Assembly: GCA_043802485.1 (NCBI GenBank)
Contig: JAZDKZ010000001.1
Coordinates: forward strand, 64,622-128,621
Reading direction: 5' to 3'
Length of the DNA stretch: 64,000 bases
Source of the DNA: Candidatus Aenigmatarchaeota archaeon
GTDB taxonomy: Archaea; Aenigmatarchaeota; Aenigmatarchaeia; Aenigmatarchaeales; Aenigmatarchaeaceae
Part shown: positions 17,537 through 27,680 of the stretch, piece by piece
How the letters are laid out: each line of letters starts with the position of its first letter
How positions within the stretch are numbered: the first letter of the stretch is position 1
Made by a program: the position numbers and the translations under genes
Notes under the pieces: model-generated
The model's input: the letters and a program-made list of their open reading frames with translations, nothing else
Databases searched by the model: none
What the model was told of the DNA's origin: nothing

Positions 17537-17926
17537 TTAAGCAGTTTGAACATTGATCATTTTCTTCAGCTGCTTTCTATCTTCAAGGAGCTTTTTATAG
17601 TCGTCATAGTTCCTCACCGCCCTGAGGAAAACGATATTCCTTTCCTTTGTCACACAGTAGACGATATGCTTTTTGCCTCTTTTTGCCCTGAATATCAAGT
17701 TGTCATTGATGTTCTCCTCGAACTTGTGCAGTTCGTGGAACTCTGTATGTGAGCAGTTCAGGACATCCTTTACTATCGAGTCTATCTCCTCTTGGTCCTT
17801 CAGGTCCCTTTCAAAGTGCTTTGATATCACAACTTCTTTCAGCAGGGGTCTTACTCTCATGAAGTGGCTGTTGCAGCTGTCGCAGAAATCCTTTCTTACA
17901 GAGCATGAGTTTTCCACCTTGTGCAT
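17537..17926 (-). CDS. Putative RelE/ParE-fold toxin-like protein with a Cys/His-containing N-terminal extension
   Basis: The C-terminal 90 aa (ISKHFERDLKD...LIFRAKRGKKHIVYCVTKERNIVFLRAVRNYDDYKKL) follow the RelE/ParE pattern. The N-terminus carries C-x6-C-x2-C-x2-H. Confidence 0.4.
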   Translation of the reverse strand: MHKVENSCSVRKDFCDSCNSHFMRVRPLLKEVVISKHFERDLKDQEEIDSIVKDVLNCSHTEFHELHKFEENINDNLIFRAKRGKKHIVYCVTKERNIVFLRAVRNYDDYKKLLEDRKQLKKMINVQTA

Positions 17927-18548
17927 AAACTGAATAATGAGGCTTGAAATTTAAGTCTTCTTGTCCAATATTTTACAATGGGTGTGTCTGACATGGAAAT
18001 TGAAAAAATGGATAAAGATATAGAAGATTTGTCTTATGTAGTAACATTTAACGAAGAAACAAGAGAGCTGGCCAAGCATTTCAAAAGGAAGCCCAACCGA
18101 GCGATAGAAGTTGTATATCTTAGGAAACTTTAATGAATTACGTAAAGACTACAACTTCATTCTTAAATATTTAATAAATGAAAAATGTTCTATGAAACAC
18201 AAGAAAGAGAACCTTGTTGTTCTAAAGTACGCAACAAATGAATGCTACACAAATGTTGTAAAAGTCGATAAAGTAGATCCCAAAGATTTTTCGATAGACC
18301 TAGAAAAAGGCACTTGGTCTTTTGATGAATGGAAAAATAATAAAATCGGGAGTATGAGAAGCCTTTACGGTAATCCTTTGGCTGTTCAAAAAGAACATAT
18401 GGTGTGATAGGTGTATATGACAGAACAATCACAAAACACCTTGACAGAATGGTTCATGCTTCTAAAGAAGCAACGACTGACTACAGTAATGCAGATTAAA
18501 TTTAAAATCAATAAATGTGTTTAAATCTTTTTCTAACCCTTTATTGAT

Positions 18549-18779
18549 ATGGTGAGAAGAACAGCATGGTCCGAAATATATAAGACGACAAAATTCGTGG
18601 AAAGCATTGTTGACAATGTTCTCAAAAACAAAAAAGTGCAGATGAGCAGAAGGGATGCCACTAAAATATTGTATTCCATAGTTAATTCAGGAAATCAATA
18701 TCAGAACTTTGCTAAGATTGTAAGAGGAGACGTGCAATACAAAGAACATGTAAAGGAAGAATTCTTCAACAGAAAATAG
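18549..18779 (+). CDS. Hypothetical small protein
   Basis: A 76-aa ORF in an AT-rich orphan block with no recognisable motif. Confidence 0.25.
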   Translation: MVRRTAWSEIYKTTKFVESIVDNVLKNKKVQMSRRDATKILYSIVNSGNQYQNFAKIVRGDVQYKEHVKEEFFNRK

Positions 18780-18800
18780 CAAAAACTTCCTGATAGTAAT

Positions 18801-20684
18801 TTACTTCAGCCTGATTGTTTCCAGATTCTTCGGGCACAGTGTCTCTGTTCTGAAGAACTTGTGTAGAGTCTTTGAAAGGTCCAAGCACTTGGAGCTTTCT
18901 CCATGATCAACGATTATCCTCTCAGGCTTCTGTTTCAGCCTTGACAAGTAATTCAATATCTGTTTGTGATCAGAGTGGCCGCTCAGGCCGCGCACGTTGA
19001 ATATCTCTAGGTTGACTGGCACGGCAGTGTTCCTGCCGTTCTTGCTTTCCATAGGCACTTCCTTCCAGCCTTTCTGTATCCTCCTTCCAAGGCTTCCCTC
19101 TGCTTGGTAGCTGACAAAGACTAGGCCGTTCTTCTCGTTCTCTGCCAGGTTCTTTAGCCACCAGACGCTAGGCCCGCCCACTAACATTCCAGAGGTTGCG
19201 ATGATGGCGCACGGCTCGCCTGCTTCCAGTATCTTCTTTCTCTCCTCTGCAGAACCGATCCTCTTGAATATCGGGTTGGTGAAAGGGTTCTCTCCTTTCT
19301 GAAGGATTAGAGTTTGCAGCTCCCTATTAAAGTACTCCGGATAGGCTGTGTGAATAGCGGTCGCGTCCCACACCATGCCGTCAATGTAAATAGGATAATT
19401 GAAGCCTGATCTTGACAGCATTGCCATGACGTCCTGTGAACGCTCGACAGCAAAGCTGGGAACAAGAACAATGCCTCCCCTGTCGCATGTCTTCTTGCAC
19501 GCTTCAACTAGTTGCGCCTCAGACTCTGCCCTTTTCGGACTAATGTCTTCCCTTGCCCCGTAAGTCGATTCTGTTATAACAGTTTCAGCCCTTGCAAAGT
19601 TGGTGCTTGCTGGCTCGAACAAGGCTGTTCGATCGAACTTGTAGTCAGAAGTGTAAAGCACGTTGTGGAAGCCGTTGCCCACATGAATATGAATCAGAGA
19701 GCTTCCCAGTATATGTCCAGAGTTCAACAAGGTAAGACGCATGTCAGGAGTGATGTCGGAAACTTCGCCATAGTTCAGGCATATCGAATGCTTCACAGCT
19801 TCCTTTATTCCCTTTGTTGTGTAAGGCGGCGTCTTGCCTTCCCTCTGTGTCAGCTCGATATAGTCCATGCACAGAAGAACCATCAGGTCCCTTGTGGGAG
19901 CTGTCAGGTATAGAGGGCCGTCAAAGCCCATCTCGTACAGCAAGGGGACCATGCCGCAGTGGTCCAGGTGCGCGTGAGAAAGAACTATGGCATTTATCTT
20001 TGAAAGGTCTGCCTCGGAAACTGTCAGATACGGAAACTCGTTTGAACCAGGCTTTATGCCGCAGTCCATCATGACCCTGCTTTCTGGCGTCTGAAGTATC
20101 AGGCACGACCTGCCAACTTCCCTGAAGCCGCCCAATGCTGTCAGTCTGACCCATTCTGTCTCCTTCCAACCGCTGTGTATGTGCTTGCCCACCTTGTCCA
20201 GGAAATCCTTCCTGAAATCAGACTCTTTGTACATCAAGTCCCTCAGGACTTTGACAATGTCCGACGGTATGACCGGAGCCCTCTTCACTATCGGGAGCCA
20301 TGAAGTTTGCTTCCTTATCTCCCTCAGCGTCTCTCCGCCTTTGCCTATCACCAAGCCAGGTTTTTCTGCCTCTATGGTGATAGAACCGAAAGCAGGCTCA
20401 AAGTCCATGTCCACCAGTCCTGCTTCTTTGGGAACCAGCTTTTCTATTATTATCTTTGAAGCCTCGGCGTCCAGGCATATGGAAGGGTCAGGTCTTAGAA
20501 TCACCCTCTTCTTGAGAGTAGAGACAAGCCTCTTTATTTCCGGCGGGTCTGACGTGAAAAAGTCCTTGTTCTTTGTGTAAAGGACTATCTCGCATCCTTC
20601 ATACCTTATGTCAGATATGTCCGCGTTGCTTGGCAGACTCTTTTTTACTTTTTCGAATAGTTCACTTGTTTTTTCCTCAACCAT
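18801..20684 (-). CDS. aCPSF1/FttA: KH-domain beta-CASP metallo-beta-lactamase RNase (transcription termination factor)
   Basis: N-terminal KH-type domains (GKGGETLREIRKQT), the MBL motif LSHAHLDHCG, and beta-CASP/C-terminal motifs (SGHSDHKQ) in a 627-aa product. Confidence 0.9.
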   Translation of the reverse strand: MVEEKTSELFEKVKKSLPSNADISDIRYEGCEIVLYTKNKDFFTSDPPEIKRLVSTLKKRVILRPDPSICLDAEASKIIIEKLVPKEAGLVDMDFEPAFGSITIEAEKPGLVIGKGGETLREIRKQTSWLPIVKRAPVIPSDIVKVLRDLMYKESDFRKDFLDKVGKHIHSGWKETEWVRLTALGGFREVGRSCLILQTPESRVMMDCGIKPGSNEFPYLTVSEADLSKINAIVLSHAHLDHCGMVPLLYEMGFDGPLYLTAPTRDLMVLLCMDYIELTQREGKTPPYTTKGIKEAVKHSICLNYGEVSDITPDMRLTLLNSGHILGSSLIHIHVGNGFHNVLYTSDYKFDRTALFEPASTNFARAETVITESTYGAREDISPKRAESEAQLVEACKKTCDRGGIVLVPSFAVERSQDVMAMLSRSGFNYPIYIDGMVWDATAIHTAYPEYFNRELQTLILQKGENPFTNPIFKRIGSAEERKKILEAGEPCAIIATSGMLVGGPSVWWLKNLAENEKNGLVFVSYQAEGSLGRRIQKGWKEVPMESKNGRNTAVPVNLEIFNVRGLSGHSDHKQILNYLSRLKQKPERIIVDHGESSKCLDLSKTLHKFFRTETLCPKNLETIRLK

Positions 20685-20732
20685 AGAGTCACTTTAGAAT
20701 TCTGTCAATAATCAAATAATATGAAAATAAAA

Positions 20733-21362
20733 TTACATGTACTTTTTGAGTTCCTGCTCGCTCAGTTCTCTGAAGCCGCTCTTGTCAATTACGGCGACCT
20801 GTAAGCTGTCTCCGCCGGATGCGATGTCCCTCTGTATTGCGGCTTTTACTGCTCTTACTGCCAAGGCGATTGCCTCTTCAACAGTCATGTTCTCCTTGAA
20901 CTCTGCTTCCAAAACACCGTAGACGAAAGGCGAACCAGAACCTGTTGATTGATAGCTATCGTTGCAGTCATAAGCACCGACCGGATCAAAAGAATAGATA
21001 CGCGGTTCTGTATCAAAACCAGCCATTATGAACTGGTTCATATAAGGATAATACTTGGAACCCTGCAGAATGTTTGACAAAAGGGCTGCAGCTGCCTTTA
21101 ATGTTATCGGACCCCTTTCCAGTTTGTACAGTTTGAATTGGGCCTTTAGCAGCCTTACCATTGCCTGTGCGTCCCCTGCCATGCCTGCTATTGTGAAGCC
21201 GATGTGGTCGTCCAGTTGGAAGAGCTTTTGAGACCTTTTCGAAGCTACCATGTAGCCCATGCTGGCCTTTCTGTCCGTAGCCAAGACAACAGCGTCTTTA
21301 GCAATCATTCCCAGTGTTGTTGTTCCTTTTTTTGTTTCCATTAGTTCACCAGAATTTGACAA
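20733..21362 (-). CDS. psmB: Proteasome subunit beta
   Basis: The propeptide is followed by TTTLGMIAKDAVVLATDRKASMG. Confidence 0.9.
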   Translation of the reverse strand: MSNSGELMETKKGTTTLGMIAKDAVVLATDRKASMGYMVASKRSQKLFQLDDHIGFTIAGMAGDAQAMVRLLKAQFKLYKLERGPITLKAAAALLSNILQGSKYYPYMNQFIMAGFDTEPRIYSFDPVGAYDCNDSYQSTGSGSPFVYGVLEAEFKENMTVEEAIALAVRAVKAAIQRDIASGGDSLQVAVIDKSGFRELSEQELKKYM

Positions 21363-21403
21363 TTATGATATTATAGAATAAATGTATATAAAGATTATGG
21401 TGA

Positions 21404-22858
21404 TTAGTATGATTTCGCCATGTAGACGACTTGATTTGCCTTTTTGCCGCATAGAGCGCAGTTTCCCTTGGCTTGCTCTTCTTTGCCGAAAACAGTTCCT
21501 CTTATCGTTCCCCCACTGGTCTCTGCCTTTGCCGCATCTGCGCATTCTACGTTGCCGCACCAGCTGACTTTTACAAGCCCGCCCTTGTTTTCCAAAATAT
21601 CCTTCAGTTCTTTCATGTCTTTGGCTTCTCTTATGTTCTCCTTGAATAGTTTGTCCGCTTTCTCTGTTAGATACTTCTGCACAGAATCCAATAATTTGTC
21701 TATCTCTTTCTTCATTTCCTTCTGCTTTACCATCAATTTCTTGCCAGTATCTCTTCTTACCAGAACAACCTGCTCCTTCTCAATGTCCCTTGGGCCAATC
21801 TCTATCCTTATCGGAACTCCCTTCAATTCCCAGTAGTTGAACTTCCATCCTGGCGTGTACTCGTCCCTTTGGTCGAATGTTATTCGGAAAGATTTTTCAA
21901 GTTCTTTCAGAACATCCTGGCATTTCTTGTAAACGTTCTCCTTTTCCTTGTCCTCGTAATATATCGGAACTATGACAGCTTGCTGTGGCGCTATGGCAGG
22001 TGGTAAGACCAAACCCTTGTCGTCTCCATGTATGGCTGCCAGCGCTCCCAGTATTCTCCAAGCGGCAGGGCCGTAGCATGTCTGCCAGCCGTGCTTCTTC
22101 TTCTCGTCCTTGTCTAGGAATTCTATATTAAAAGGCTTGGAAAAGTTCTGGCCCAGCAGGTGGGTTGAAGGCAGTTGTATCGTCTTTCCGTCAGGCATAA
22201 GCGTGTCTGCCGCGAAAGTGTCAACCGCGCCTTTGAACTTGTCATGCTGGGGCCTTTTGAAGAATATGAATGGAATGGCGAATTTCTCATGCAAGGTCTT
22301 TTTCGTTGTTCTCATGTCCTCCACCACCTGTTTTTCTGCCTCCTCCTTGGTGGCGAAAACATCATGAGCCTCTATCCAGAAGAACTCCCTGCCTCTTAAG
22401 AAAGGTCTTGTATAGCTCTCGTATCTCCAGACCTGGCAGTTCTGATATGTTTTCAAAGGCAGGTCCCTCCAGCTTCTCACCCAGATGGAGAACATGGTGT
22501 ACATGGCCGTTTCCGAGGTAGGCCTTAGAGCCAGCTTTTCTTCCAGTTTGTCATAGTTGCGGCCGCCCTCTGTTATCCAGAAAACCTCTGCTGAGAACTT
22601 TGCATGCTCCTTCTCCTTTTTCAAGAAAGACTCAGGAATGACAGCCGGGAACCAGACAGGCTCGTGCCCGTTCTTCTCCAGCTCCTCCTCTATGAAGCTG
22701 TTCATTAATTTCATTATCTTCACAGACCACGGCCTATGAACAAGAAAGCCCTTTATGTTGTACCTCATGTCTGCCAGTTCTGACTTTTGGACTATCTCTG
22801 TGTACCACTCTGAAAAGTTATCCTTCTTCTTGAATGTTATTCCCAGTTCCTCAGACAT
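21404..22858 (-). CDS. proS: Prolyl-tRNA synthetase (archaeal/eukaryotic type)
   Basis: Contains FSEWYTEIVQKSELADMRYNIKGF, LRPTSET, class II motifs and a C-terminal Zn-binding domain (WCGNVEC...CALCGK). The start was set at the MSEELGITF ATG. Confidence 0.9.
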   Translation of the reverse strand: MSEELGITFKKKDNFSEWYTEIVQKSELADMRYNIKGFLVHRPWSVKIMKLMNSFIEEELEKNGHEPVWFPAVIPESFLKKEKEHAKFSAEVFWITEGGRNYDKLEEKLALRPTSETAMYTMFSIWVRSWRDLPLKTYQNCQVWRYESYTRPFLRGREFFWIEAHDVFATKEEAEKQVVEDMRTTKKTLHEKFAIPFIFFKRPQHDKFKGAVDTFAADTLMPDGKTIQLPSTHLLGQNFSKPFNIEFLDKDEKKKHGWQTCYGPAAWRILGALAAIHGDDKGLVLPPAIAPQQAVIVPIYYEDKEKENVYKKCQDVLKELEKSFRITFDQRDEYTPGWKFNYWELKGVPIRIEIGPRDIEKEQVVLVRRDTGKKLMVKQKEMKKEIDKLLDSVQKYLTEKADKLFKENIREAKDMKELKDILENKGGLVKVSWCGNVECADAAKAETSGGTIRGTVFGKEEQAKGNCALCGKKANQVVYMAKSY

Positions 22859-22906
22859 TTGACTCACTTTAAATTTCATTTGATACAATTTAAATCTTTT
22901 AAGAAA

Positions 22907-23512
22907 TCACATATTTTTTATTATTTCATAAAGCTCTGTAAAATTACTTGCTATCCTGTCGTTATTAATACTTCTCAATACGCTTGGTTTTTGACATCCC
23001 CAACTAACGCCCACAAATTTCATGCCTATTCTTTTAGCAGCTATGGCATCCGCATCAGTATCCCCTACGTAAACACAGTTTTCTATTTTTGACCCCAATT
23101 TTTTAACAGCTAGAAGTAAACTCTCTGGGTCTGGCTTTAGTAATTTGACATCGTCTGAAGAGATTATTACCTTAAACGTTTCCGACAGACCATTCTTTTT
23201 GATTTCACAATCTACAATATCGAATCCAGTGGATGTGACAATTGCCAGCTTGTAACCATCGGCTTTCAATTTTTTAAGGTAATCTTTTGTTCCTTTAAAC
23301 AGTTCTGTGCCAAACTTTTCTATAAGACCTTTCCATACACCGTCTTCAGGTTCTTCCTTGCCCTCTTTTTTCAAGAACGCCCTCCAATCAGAATCATAGT
23401 TCTTTATCACATATCCCAACGGTTTGCCAAGGATCACCGTATACGCATTATAGACTGCTTTCATGCTATTTACGAGAGTTCCATCATAATCATGAATAAC
23501 ACATGTGATCAT
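22907..23512 (-). CDS. HAD-superfamily phosphatase
   Basis: Contains VIHDYDGTLVNS, VTSTG and YVGDTDADAIAAKRIG. Confidence 0.75.
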   Translation of the reverse strand: MITCVIHDYDGTLVNSMKAVYNAYTVILGKPLGYVIKNYDSDWRAFLKKEGKEEPEDGVWKGLIEKFGTELFKGTKDYLKKLKADGYKLAIVTSTGFDIVDCEIKKNGLSETFKVIISSDDVKLLKPDPESLLLAVKKLGSKIENCVYVGDTDADAIAAKRIGMKFVGVSWGCQKPSVLRSINNDRIASNFTELYEIIKNM

Positions 23513-23585
23513 AAGTAAAGTTCGATGGTTCAGAAATTTAAACCTTTATTAATTTTTAGTTACATTAACTATTATTCGTGGTTCT

Positions 23586-24788
23586 ATGCAGATAGGTATA
23601 TTTTCTGACTGCCACTGTGGCTACAAGTACGGTGAGGAGAGAGGTGAGGACAGCTTTATCGCTTTAGAAGAGGCCATCGACAAGACTCTTGATTGTGACC
23701 TTATTCTAATAGCCGGTGACCTGTTCGACACGAGGATACCAAAGCCGGAGGTTTTTGCCAAGACTGCGAGGATACTGAGCAAGGCCCAGCACTTTCCGTC
23801 AAGAACGAAATTGGTGGAGATAATAAACAAGGAGAAACATGAGCTTTCTCCGCTGGCTTTCAGGGGCATACCCGTCGTGATGATACATGGCACGCATGAG
23901 AAGAGGAGCAAGTACACCATAAATCCCATACAGACACTGGAGAATTCGGGTCTGATAGTCCATCTGGACTGTGCCACAGCTGTCTTTGACATTGATGGCG
24001 AGCGCGTGGCAATACACGGCATGAGCGGCGTCTCAGACAGGTATGCCATGGACAGATTGAAAGAATGGGACCCAAAGCCTGTGGAAGGCGCAAAGAACAT
24101 ATTCATGATACATCAGTCCATTGACCCGTACATCTACTCGCCGCTAGAACCACCGACCATAAAGATAGAAGACCTGCCCAAAGGCTTTGACATCTACGTT
24201 TTAGGGCACATGCACTGGAACGAGATAAGGGACCTTCATCAGGGCAGGCTTATACTTTGCGGCAGCACGACGCCGACTTCATTGCACAAGATAGAGGCTG
24301 ACCAGCCCAAGTGCATCTTCAAGTACGACGGCAACATCATAAACAAAATAGAGCTGGAGAAGCAGAGGAAGATATTCTGGAAGGAATTCGACTTTGAGCC
24401 CAACATAAAGGAGAACATAGAGAACTATGTCCAGACCATCTCGATGACAGACAAGAAGCCAATAGTGAACATAAAGGTGAAAGGTCTGGTGAGGAAGGAG
24501 AACATGCTACCCAAATTCTCCGAGATAGAGGAAAAGTTCGGCGGCAAGTCAATCCTTAACATAAACAAGAACCTGGATGTGGAGGGACTGCAGGAGCAGA
24601 TCGAGATGCTGAAGACTTTCAAAAGCAACAGGCTTTCACCCGAGGAGCATGGCTTGAACATACTCCAGAAGAACCTGGAGCAGATGAACTGCAAAATCAA
24701 AATTGATGATATTTTCGAATATCTGGTCGAAGGTAATATTGATATGATATTCAATCTTTTAACAGGCAACCAAAAGAGATTAGAATGA
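23586..24788 (+). CDS. mre11: DNA double-strand break repair nuclease Mre11
   Basis: Phosphoesterase motifs FSDCHCG, LILIAGDLFD, MIHGTHE and LGHMH. The 3' end overlaps the rad50 start (ATGA). Confidence 0.85.
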   Translation: MQIGIFSDCHCGYKYGEERGEDSFIALEEAIDKTLDCDLILIAGDLFDTRIPKPEVFAKTARILSKAQHFPSRTKLVEIINKEKHELSPLAFRGIPVVMIHGTHEKRSKYTINPIQTLENSGLIVHLDCATAVFDIDGERVAIHGMSGVSDRYAMDRLKEWDPKPVEGAKNIFMIHQSIDPYIYSPLEPPTIKIEDLPKGFDIYVLGHMHWNEIRDLHQGRLILCGSTTPTSLHKIEADQPKCIFKYDGNIINKIELEKQRKIFWKEFDFEPNIKENIENYVQTISMTDKKPIVNIKVKGLVRKENMLPKFSEIEEKFGGKSILNINKNLDVEGLQEQIEMLKTFKSNRLSPEEHGLNILQKNLEQMNCKIKIDDIFEYLVEGNIDMIFNLLTGNQKRLE

Positions 24789-27169
24789 TAACCAAAGTAA
24801 AGCTGAAAAACTGGAGAACGCATTTGGACAGCGAGATCAAATTCGCGGAAGGCACCAACTGCTTTGTCGGGCCGATGGGCTCTGGCAAGACCTCTGTTAT
24901 GGATGCCATATGCTTCGGTCTTTTCGGCACGTTCCTTAATCTGCAGCAGAGGAAGGTGAAGCTCGAGGACGTTGTCATGAAAAAGCCTGTGAAGAAGGAC
25001 AATGCAAAGGTCACCATCAACTTTGACATCAACGGCTCAGAGTATAGTGTAAAGAGAAACATAACGAACGGCAGGTCTACCGCAGAGCTAAGGAAGAACG
25101 GTGAGCTCATAGAAGGTCCTCAGGCCACCAAGGTGACAAAAGAAGTGGAGAGAATCCTGAAGATGGATTATGACCTGTTCACCAGGGCCATATATTCTGA
25201 GCAGAACCAACTGGATATGTTTCTTACTATACCCAAAGGGCAGAGGATGAAAAAGATAGACGAGCTGCTTGCGATAGACAAGTTCGAAAAGGCAAGGCTG
25301 AACACAAAATCGCTGATAAATAGATTTTCGGACCTAACGAAGGAAAAGAAAAGGCTGATAGAGTCCTTGAAGAATGATGAAGGCTTGATGAAAGTCGATA
25401 CAATAAAGAGAGAGTTCTCCGAGCTCAATGAGAGAGGAGCCAGGATGAGGCAACGGCTCAAAGAGGTCATAAGAAATAAAGAGATTATAGAGAAGGAATT
25501 GGCTAATTTAAAGGGGCAGCAGAAGGCTGTACAACAAATAGATGAGGATGTCAAAAAGTACAAGGCGCTTCTTGAGGTAACAAATAGTGACATTGACAAA
25601 CTGAAAGAGGATCTGATGGAGTTTGCGGAGGCGACCCCTGAGCAGATGCGTAAAGATTATGATTCTGTAACTGAAGAAATAAAGAAATACTTTTTCCAGA
25701 TAGACGCGGAGAAGAAGAACTTTGACGAATTGAAGGGCGAGTATGCAGAGGACAATGCCAAGATAATTCTAATAGAGAAGGAGCAGCTGCCCAAGCTGGA
25801 GAAGGATGTCGAGGAGTTGGCAAGAATAACAAAGGACATCAAAGCCAGTCCATTGAAGAAGCTGCAGTCCCAGCTTGAAAAGGACAAAAGTAATCTGGAG
25901 AAAAAGCAGCTGAAGCTGCAAAAGGCCAGCATTAAGATTTCTGAGTTAGAAGAGTCTATCAAAGAGCTGGACAATGTTGGTAATGTGTGTCCCATTTGCG
26001 ACGGCAAGATGACAGAGAAGAAAAAGGCTAATCTCTTGACAAAGAGGAAGGAAAGCATCAAGGACATGAAGAAGGAGATAAAGACGCTCCAGCCGGAGAT
26101 AATCAAGATGCGCAAGTCGATAAACAATTTGGAAGAAAGGATAAGCAACGCGAGAGTGATGGAGCAGAGACTTGAAGAGATAAAGGATTCTGAGAAGAAG
26201 CTAAAGACTCTATGTGACGAGCTTGGAAAGTCCAAAGCAAAGACCGCTGTTTTTGAGAAGCAGAGAAGGATGTTTGAAAAAAATCTGGAGATGCTTGAAG
26301 CAAAGCACAGGGAAATGCAGGAAAAGCAGAACGATATCAGGCAGATACTTTCCAAGGAGGAGGAGGCTAGTGAGAAGCTTGCAAGGTCAAAGGATTACGA
26401 GCAAAAGATATTTTTGTTGAGGAACGAGAGGGAGAGATTCGTCTCGTTCTCGCCCTCCATACTGGAAAAGTACGAGTCAGATTACAGCTCTGCTATCGGC
26501 CTCAAGGCTGAGGTCGAGACCAACATAAAGAACTTTTCCGAGATAGCTGACGAGAAGAGAAAGCTGTTGCAGGAGATAGAGAGCAAGATGAAGATGCTGA
26601 AAAAGAGCAGGCAGGAGATTGAAATTGTCGAGGGAACGTCAAGGCAGCTGGAGATGCTTGCCAGTGCTCTGTTGGTCACGCAGGAGCAGTTGAGAAAGGA
26701 CTTTGTAGAGTCTGTCAACAAGGCGATGAGCACCATATGGTCCGAACTCTATCCTTACAAGGACATCTACGACATAAGGCTTGGCATAGAGGACCGCGAC
26801 TATGTTCTTCAGATGCAGGACTCCACTGGTTGGATTGCTGCTGACGGTATCGCATCGGGTGGTGAGAGGTCGATGGCCTGCCTGGCCCTGAGAATCGCCT
26901 TTTCGCTAGTGCTTGCTCCGCAGTTGAAATGGCTGGTTCTTGACGAGCCGACCCATAATCTGGATTCAAGGGCTGTTGATGAATTATCTAACGTACTAAG
27001 GGAAAGGATAGCCACGTTCGTTGATCAGATATTCCTAATAACACACGACCCTTCATTGGAGAACGCCGTGTCCGGCTATCTTTACAGACTGGACAGAGAT
27101 AAGGAGAAAGACGGGCACACCAAAGTCAGTCTTGTTTCAGGGCCTGATGACTATGAAAAAAATATTTGA
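24785..27169 (+). CDS. rad50: DNA double-strand break repair ATPase Rad50
   Basis: Walker A (GPMGSGKTS), a long coiled coil, the zinc hook CPICDG, signature SGGERS and Walker B (LVLDEPTHNLD). Confidence 0.9.
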   Translation: MITKVKLKNWRTHLDSEIKFAEGTNCFVGPMGSGKTSVMDAICFGLFGTFLNLQQRKVKLEDVVMKKPVKKDNAKVTINFDINGSEYSVKRNITNGRSTAELRKNGELIEGPQATKVTKEVERILKMDYDLFTRAIYSEQNQLDMFLTIPKGQRMKKIDELLAIDKFEKARLNTKSLINRFSDLTKEKKRLIESLKNDEGLMKVDTIKREFSELNERGARMRQRLKEVIRNKEIIEKELANLKGQQKAVQQIDEDVKKYKALLEVTNSDIDKLKEDLMEFAEATPEQMRKDYDSVTEEIKKYFFQIDAEKKNFDELKGEYAEDNAKIILIEKEQLPKLEKDVEELARITKDIKASPLKKLQSQLEKDKSNLEKKQLKLQKASIKISELEESIKELDNVGNVCPICDGKMTEKKKANLLTKRKESIKDMKKEIKTLQPEIIKMRKSINNLEERISNARVMEQRLEEIKDSEKKLKTLCDELGKSKAKTAVFEKQRRMFEKNLEMLEAKHREMQEKQNDIRQILSKEEEASEKLARSKDYEQKIFLLRNERERFVSFSPSILEKYESDYSSAIGLKAEVETNIKNFSEIADEKRKLLQEIESKMKMLKKSRQEIEIVEGTSRQLEMLASALLVTQEQLRKDFVESVNKAMSTIWSELYPYKDIYDIRLGIEDRDYVLQMQDSTGWIAADGIASGGERSMACLALRIAFSLVLAPQLKWLVLDEPTHNLDSRAVDELSNVLRERIATFVDQIFLITHDPSLENAVSGYLYRLDRDKEKDGHTKVSLVSGPDDYEKNI

Positions 27170-27626
27170 CGTAGTAAAATTGATAGAATCTGTTCTGAGG
27201 AAAGAAAATATAGAATGGGTAATAGGCGGAAGCACTAGCCTGCTGCTGCAGGGCATCGAAATAAGTGTTAGTGATATAGACATACTCACCGATAGGGAAG
27301 GCGCTTTCAGGATATACGAGATACTTGGAGAGTACGGCACAAAACCTGTCGCCTTCTCAGAGAAGGAAAGAACTAAATCCTATTGGGGCAAGCTTTCGAT
27401 AGACGATGTTGAGATAGACCTGATGGGAGACTTTTGCAAAAAGGTCGATGGTGAATGGGTCAACTTTTCCATGAAAAGGATAAAAGACAAAGAGACTGTT
27501 AATCTAGATGGTGTCAATCTTCCTGTCACAAAACTAGAGAGTCATCTGGAACTATACAAAATAATGAAAAGGGAAAAGGATATAGAGAAGATTAAACAAA
27601 TAGAAAAGATACTTTCAAACAAATAG
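27147..27626 (+). CDS. Putative nucleotidyltransferase-fold protein
   Basis: WVIGGSTSLLLQGIEISVSDIDILTD resembles a G[GS]-x(n)-DxD NTase core. It overlaps the rad50 3' end. Start choice is uncertain (27132 TTG, 27147 or 27153 ATG). Confidence 0.4.
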   Translation: MTMKKIFDVVKLIESVLRKENIEWVIGGSTSLLLQGIEISVSDIDILTDREGAFRIYEILGEYGTKPVAFSEKERTKSYWGKLSIDDVEIDLMGDFCKKVDGEWVNFSMKRIKDKETVNLDGVNLPVTKLESHLELYKIMKREKDIEKIKQIEKILSNK

Positions 27627-27680
27627 TAAACAATAAATTCTTGTATTTGGTTTAAAAACTTCTGTAAAGCAAATAATTTT

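Noticed and set aside
25657-26355. A 232-aa minus-strand ORF, plus several shorter ones, inside rad50
   Set aside because: It is antisense to the Rad50 coiled-coil region. Its Ser/Phe/Leu low-complexity translation is typical of the complement of AAG/GAA-rich sequence.
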